This document shows positions 61,261 to 64,000 of a DNA stretch of 64,000 nucleotides, piece after piece. How positions within the stretch are numbered: the stretch's first letter is position 1; the number at the start of each line of letters is the position of its first letter. The position numbers and the translations under genes are program-made. The notes under the pieces were generated by a model. The model had not been told where the DNA came from. It ran no database searches and saw nothing but the letters and a program-made list of their open reading frames with translations. The DNA is from Malacoraja senta (lineage: Eukaryota), in NCBI GenBank assembly GCA_038087875.1, contig CM075993.1, forward strand, positions 9,674,001 through 9,738,000. Reading direction: 5' to 3'.

Positions 61261-64000
61261 TGACTTGCTCTCCTCATACTTGCGGAGCAGACACCTTGAG
61301 CCAAATGGCCTAATTTATGTAACTAGTTCAGTTGAGTTTCTTGTCATTCATGTACCCAGGCTGTGGAGGCTAGCCCCATTGAATGTCAAATGCAGGTGCT
61401 TAAACAAGGTGAACAAGTTTAGATCCAAGCTAATATTACTGGCCCAAGCTGTAAAGATTGAACTCTAAAGATGAGGAATCACTTGCTGTAAGATGCCCAG
61501 CCTCTGTCACTGTCTAGCATTAGTGATGTGAACATTGCTTGCCACATATCAGCCCTTCAAAAATGTTAACTAGCCTTTTCAATGGACCATTTCAATAGCT
61601 GATGAGTTGCAGACATAAATGAACATTTTCAATTATTAGCAAACACTCCCACTGCAGACTTAATGAAGGAAGATACGTCAGGGATGAAGCAGCTGGTGGT
61701 GACTGGGCCTAGTGTATACCCCAAGGATTTCCTACGGTGAGCCCCTGGGAATGGGAGGATTGACAATTACTAGCGTCTCCTTTCTGTGAAACAGATCATT
61801 ACCCAAGAGTACGCAGCAAACAACCTCCTGATCCAGTGTTCCTGTCATATTTAAGTCAATTGATCAATTGTAGACAGCCACTACATAGCAACTCCTCCTT
61901 GTCCATAAAATCTGTTTATCTATACTTTGTGCAAAGGCCATGTACGCTGTCTGCGATATTCATGTTTAAGGTGGAGCTGACGTGTTATCAAAGAGCCGGC
62001 AAACACTGGCGGAGTTTTGCACAAACATCTCTACTGCTGCATCAACAACTGCACCCAGCGGTGGGCTGCAAATCAGCATGATAGTACAAGGGGAGGAACG
62101 GCAGTTGAAAAATAAATGCTGAAGATACTCATTTTTGGACAGAATTTATGTTTTCTCAGGCTTTTCTGTTTCAATGTCAGATATGCTAGGTTTTAATTCA
62201 TTCTCATCCTATTCCTTCTTTTCAACTGGCACATTAATTCTTCATTTCACTTGCATTGCTCCCGTTCTACAAAACTGCTCTAATAAATCTTGGGCAAAAC
62301 ACAAAGTGCTGGAGAAACTCAGCGGGTCAGACAGATTCTATTTAGGCAGCAGACCGGCGATGTTTTGGGTTGGAACCCTTCTTCAGAAGTCTGAAGAAGA
62401 GTCCCAAATCAAAACATCTATCCATCCCCATCACAGATGCTGCCCAACCTGCTGAGTTCCTCCGGTACTTTGCTTTGAGCAACATTCCAGGATCTTCAGT
62501 CTCTTGTTTCTAAATACAGCTTGGTGCAAGGCCAAGAAACACCTAAGTAATTCTCTATAAAACATACTTTGCAGCCTTGGCACAGTTACATTAGCTTATA
62601 TCTGGACCCAATTACTTCATACTCCCCAATTCTCTCAACCAGAATGCATTGAAATTAAGTTTACATCCAACATACCAATGACAGGGGAAGTATTCCCACA
62701 CTGCCTGAAGGGGTTCCCCTTCTGAAGGGTGGATCAGCCTTTACTCCAGTTTTAATGCTGTGTACGTCCACTGCTAACACCATCCCAACCCAGGCCCCGC
62801 TTACAAATTGCATCTTGTTACATTCTGTCCTGCCCCCACCTCTCTTCCAGCTTTCCTCCACTCCACCACAATCAGTTTGAAGAAGGGTTCTGACCAAAAG
62901 GTCACCTATCCATGTTTTCCAGAGATGCTGCCTGACCCACTGAGTTGCTCCAGCACTCTGTGTCCTTTTGGGTCTCTTTTTGTAAACCAGCACGTGCAGT
63001 GCCTTGTATCGACATCTTGTTTCTTATCTCTCTTACCACCTCATTTTGCCTTGCTTCTATCATGTAATCACACCTGCCATCCACCTTGCACCTCAGAGTC
63101 ATAGAGTCAGAGTGATAGAGTGTGGAAAACAGGCCCTTCAGCCCAACTTGCCCACACAGCTAACATGTCCCAGCTACACTAGTCCCACCTGCCTGCGCTT
63201 GGTCCATATCCCTCCAAACCTGTCCTATGTACCTGTCTAACTGTATCTTATCAAAAAATGCCTTTAGAAATTTCCTTGCAACCTGTATATTTTGTTGTGG
63301 ATAAATTATGTGGGAAGCGAGAGTGTTTATGTACCAATGGCAATAACGACCCATGCTATGGCCATGTCATGATAATTTTCGGTCCTTCACAGAAAACATG
63401 CTTGCATCAATCTGTAGTTGCATGGTTAAGCATTTGTGTTGCCATGGTCCAGGATTTATTGACACAGGTTGATCATACGCTGAATAATCCAACCACATTT
63501 TTGTTTGGAAGTGGAAAGAAATAATAGAAATTGCATTCATTGCAACGTGTAAAAAGAGTTTGAGATACTGTATTATAATTTTGCTGCATGTCATTGTGGT
63601 AGATATCATGTCTTGATTGGTGAATGTTTAGTTTGTGACTTTATTTGAAGCAGAAATAATATGTGAATGCTTCATTGAGCATAATTTTGACTGGTAACTA
63701 TGCACTTCGGCCGAGCACATTATCGCACGCGTCATGCAAGCCGTCTTAAATGACCACCTAAACTGTCATTTGGCAACCTAAAAAGCTGCCTAGGTTGCTC
63801 GGCTGACAACAGAGAAAAAAGTTAAGTGAGAGCCCTGTTTTCCCCTTCACCTCGAACCTATGTCCTCTGGTCCTCGATTCTCCTAATCTGGGCAAGAGAC
63901 TCTGATTCCTCATGATTTTATACAACTCTATAAGATTACTCCTCATCCTCCTGAACTCCAAGGAATAGAGACCCAGCCTACTCAGCCTTTCCCTATAGCT

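Noticed and set aside
17600..63000. Selection against sense-strand hammerheads inside IREB2
   Set aside because: Only 3 antisense versus 1 sense intact cores. Most losses are CCCGAAA>CCCAAAA, explained by CpG decay. Too few to support.
63250..63837. hAT-like DNA transposon ending gagagccctg
   Set aside because: Only one candidate terminus seen; no matching TIR or 8-bp TSD, so left unclassified.
57108..64000. IREB2 exon 1 and promoter
   Set aside because: No CpG island or confident short ATG-containing exon found; probably beyond the window.

Overview
Vertebrate genomic DNA, not prokaryotic. It is very probably a cartilaginous fish (skate/ray), inferred from abundant HE1-like V-SINEs and CR1/L1/Rex1/L2 LINEs. 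The window carries most of a minus-strand IREB2 (iron regulatory protein 2) gene. Twenty GT-AG exons, orthologous to human exons 2-3 and 5-22, lie between 57107 and the stop at 7775. Exon 1 was not found in the window. Exon 4 is missing and probably lies in the 200-N gap. Exons 3 and 22 each lack one base (frameshifts, most likely consensus errors). The introns are filled with nested transposons: a full-length L1 next to a splice acceptor, a twin-primed 5'-inverted L1 inside a Rex1-like LINE, a CR1 with three insertions, Tc1, a Harbinger MITE, Helitron-like units, L2 and an RTE-derived short element. The most unusual signal is a recurrent short non-coding retroelement family with TSDs. It carries minimal type-I hammerhead ribozyme motifs (CUGAnGA-stem II-GAAACGUC), often as an inverted pair, so both strands encode a ribozyme (Penelope/retrozyme-like). 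Family assignments and human comparisons are from recalled sequences; no search was run.
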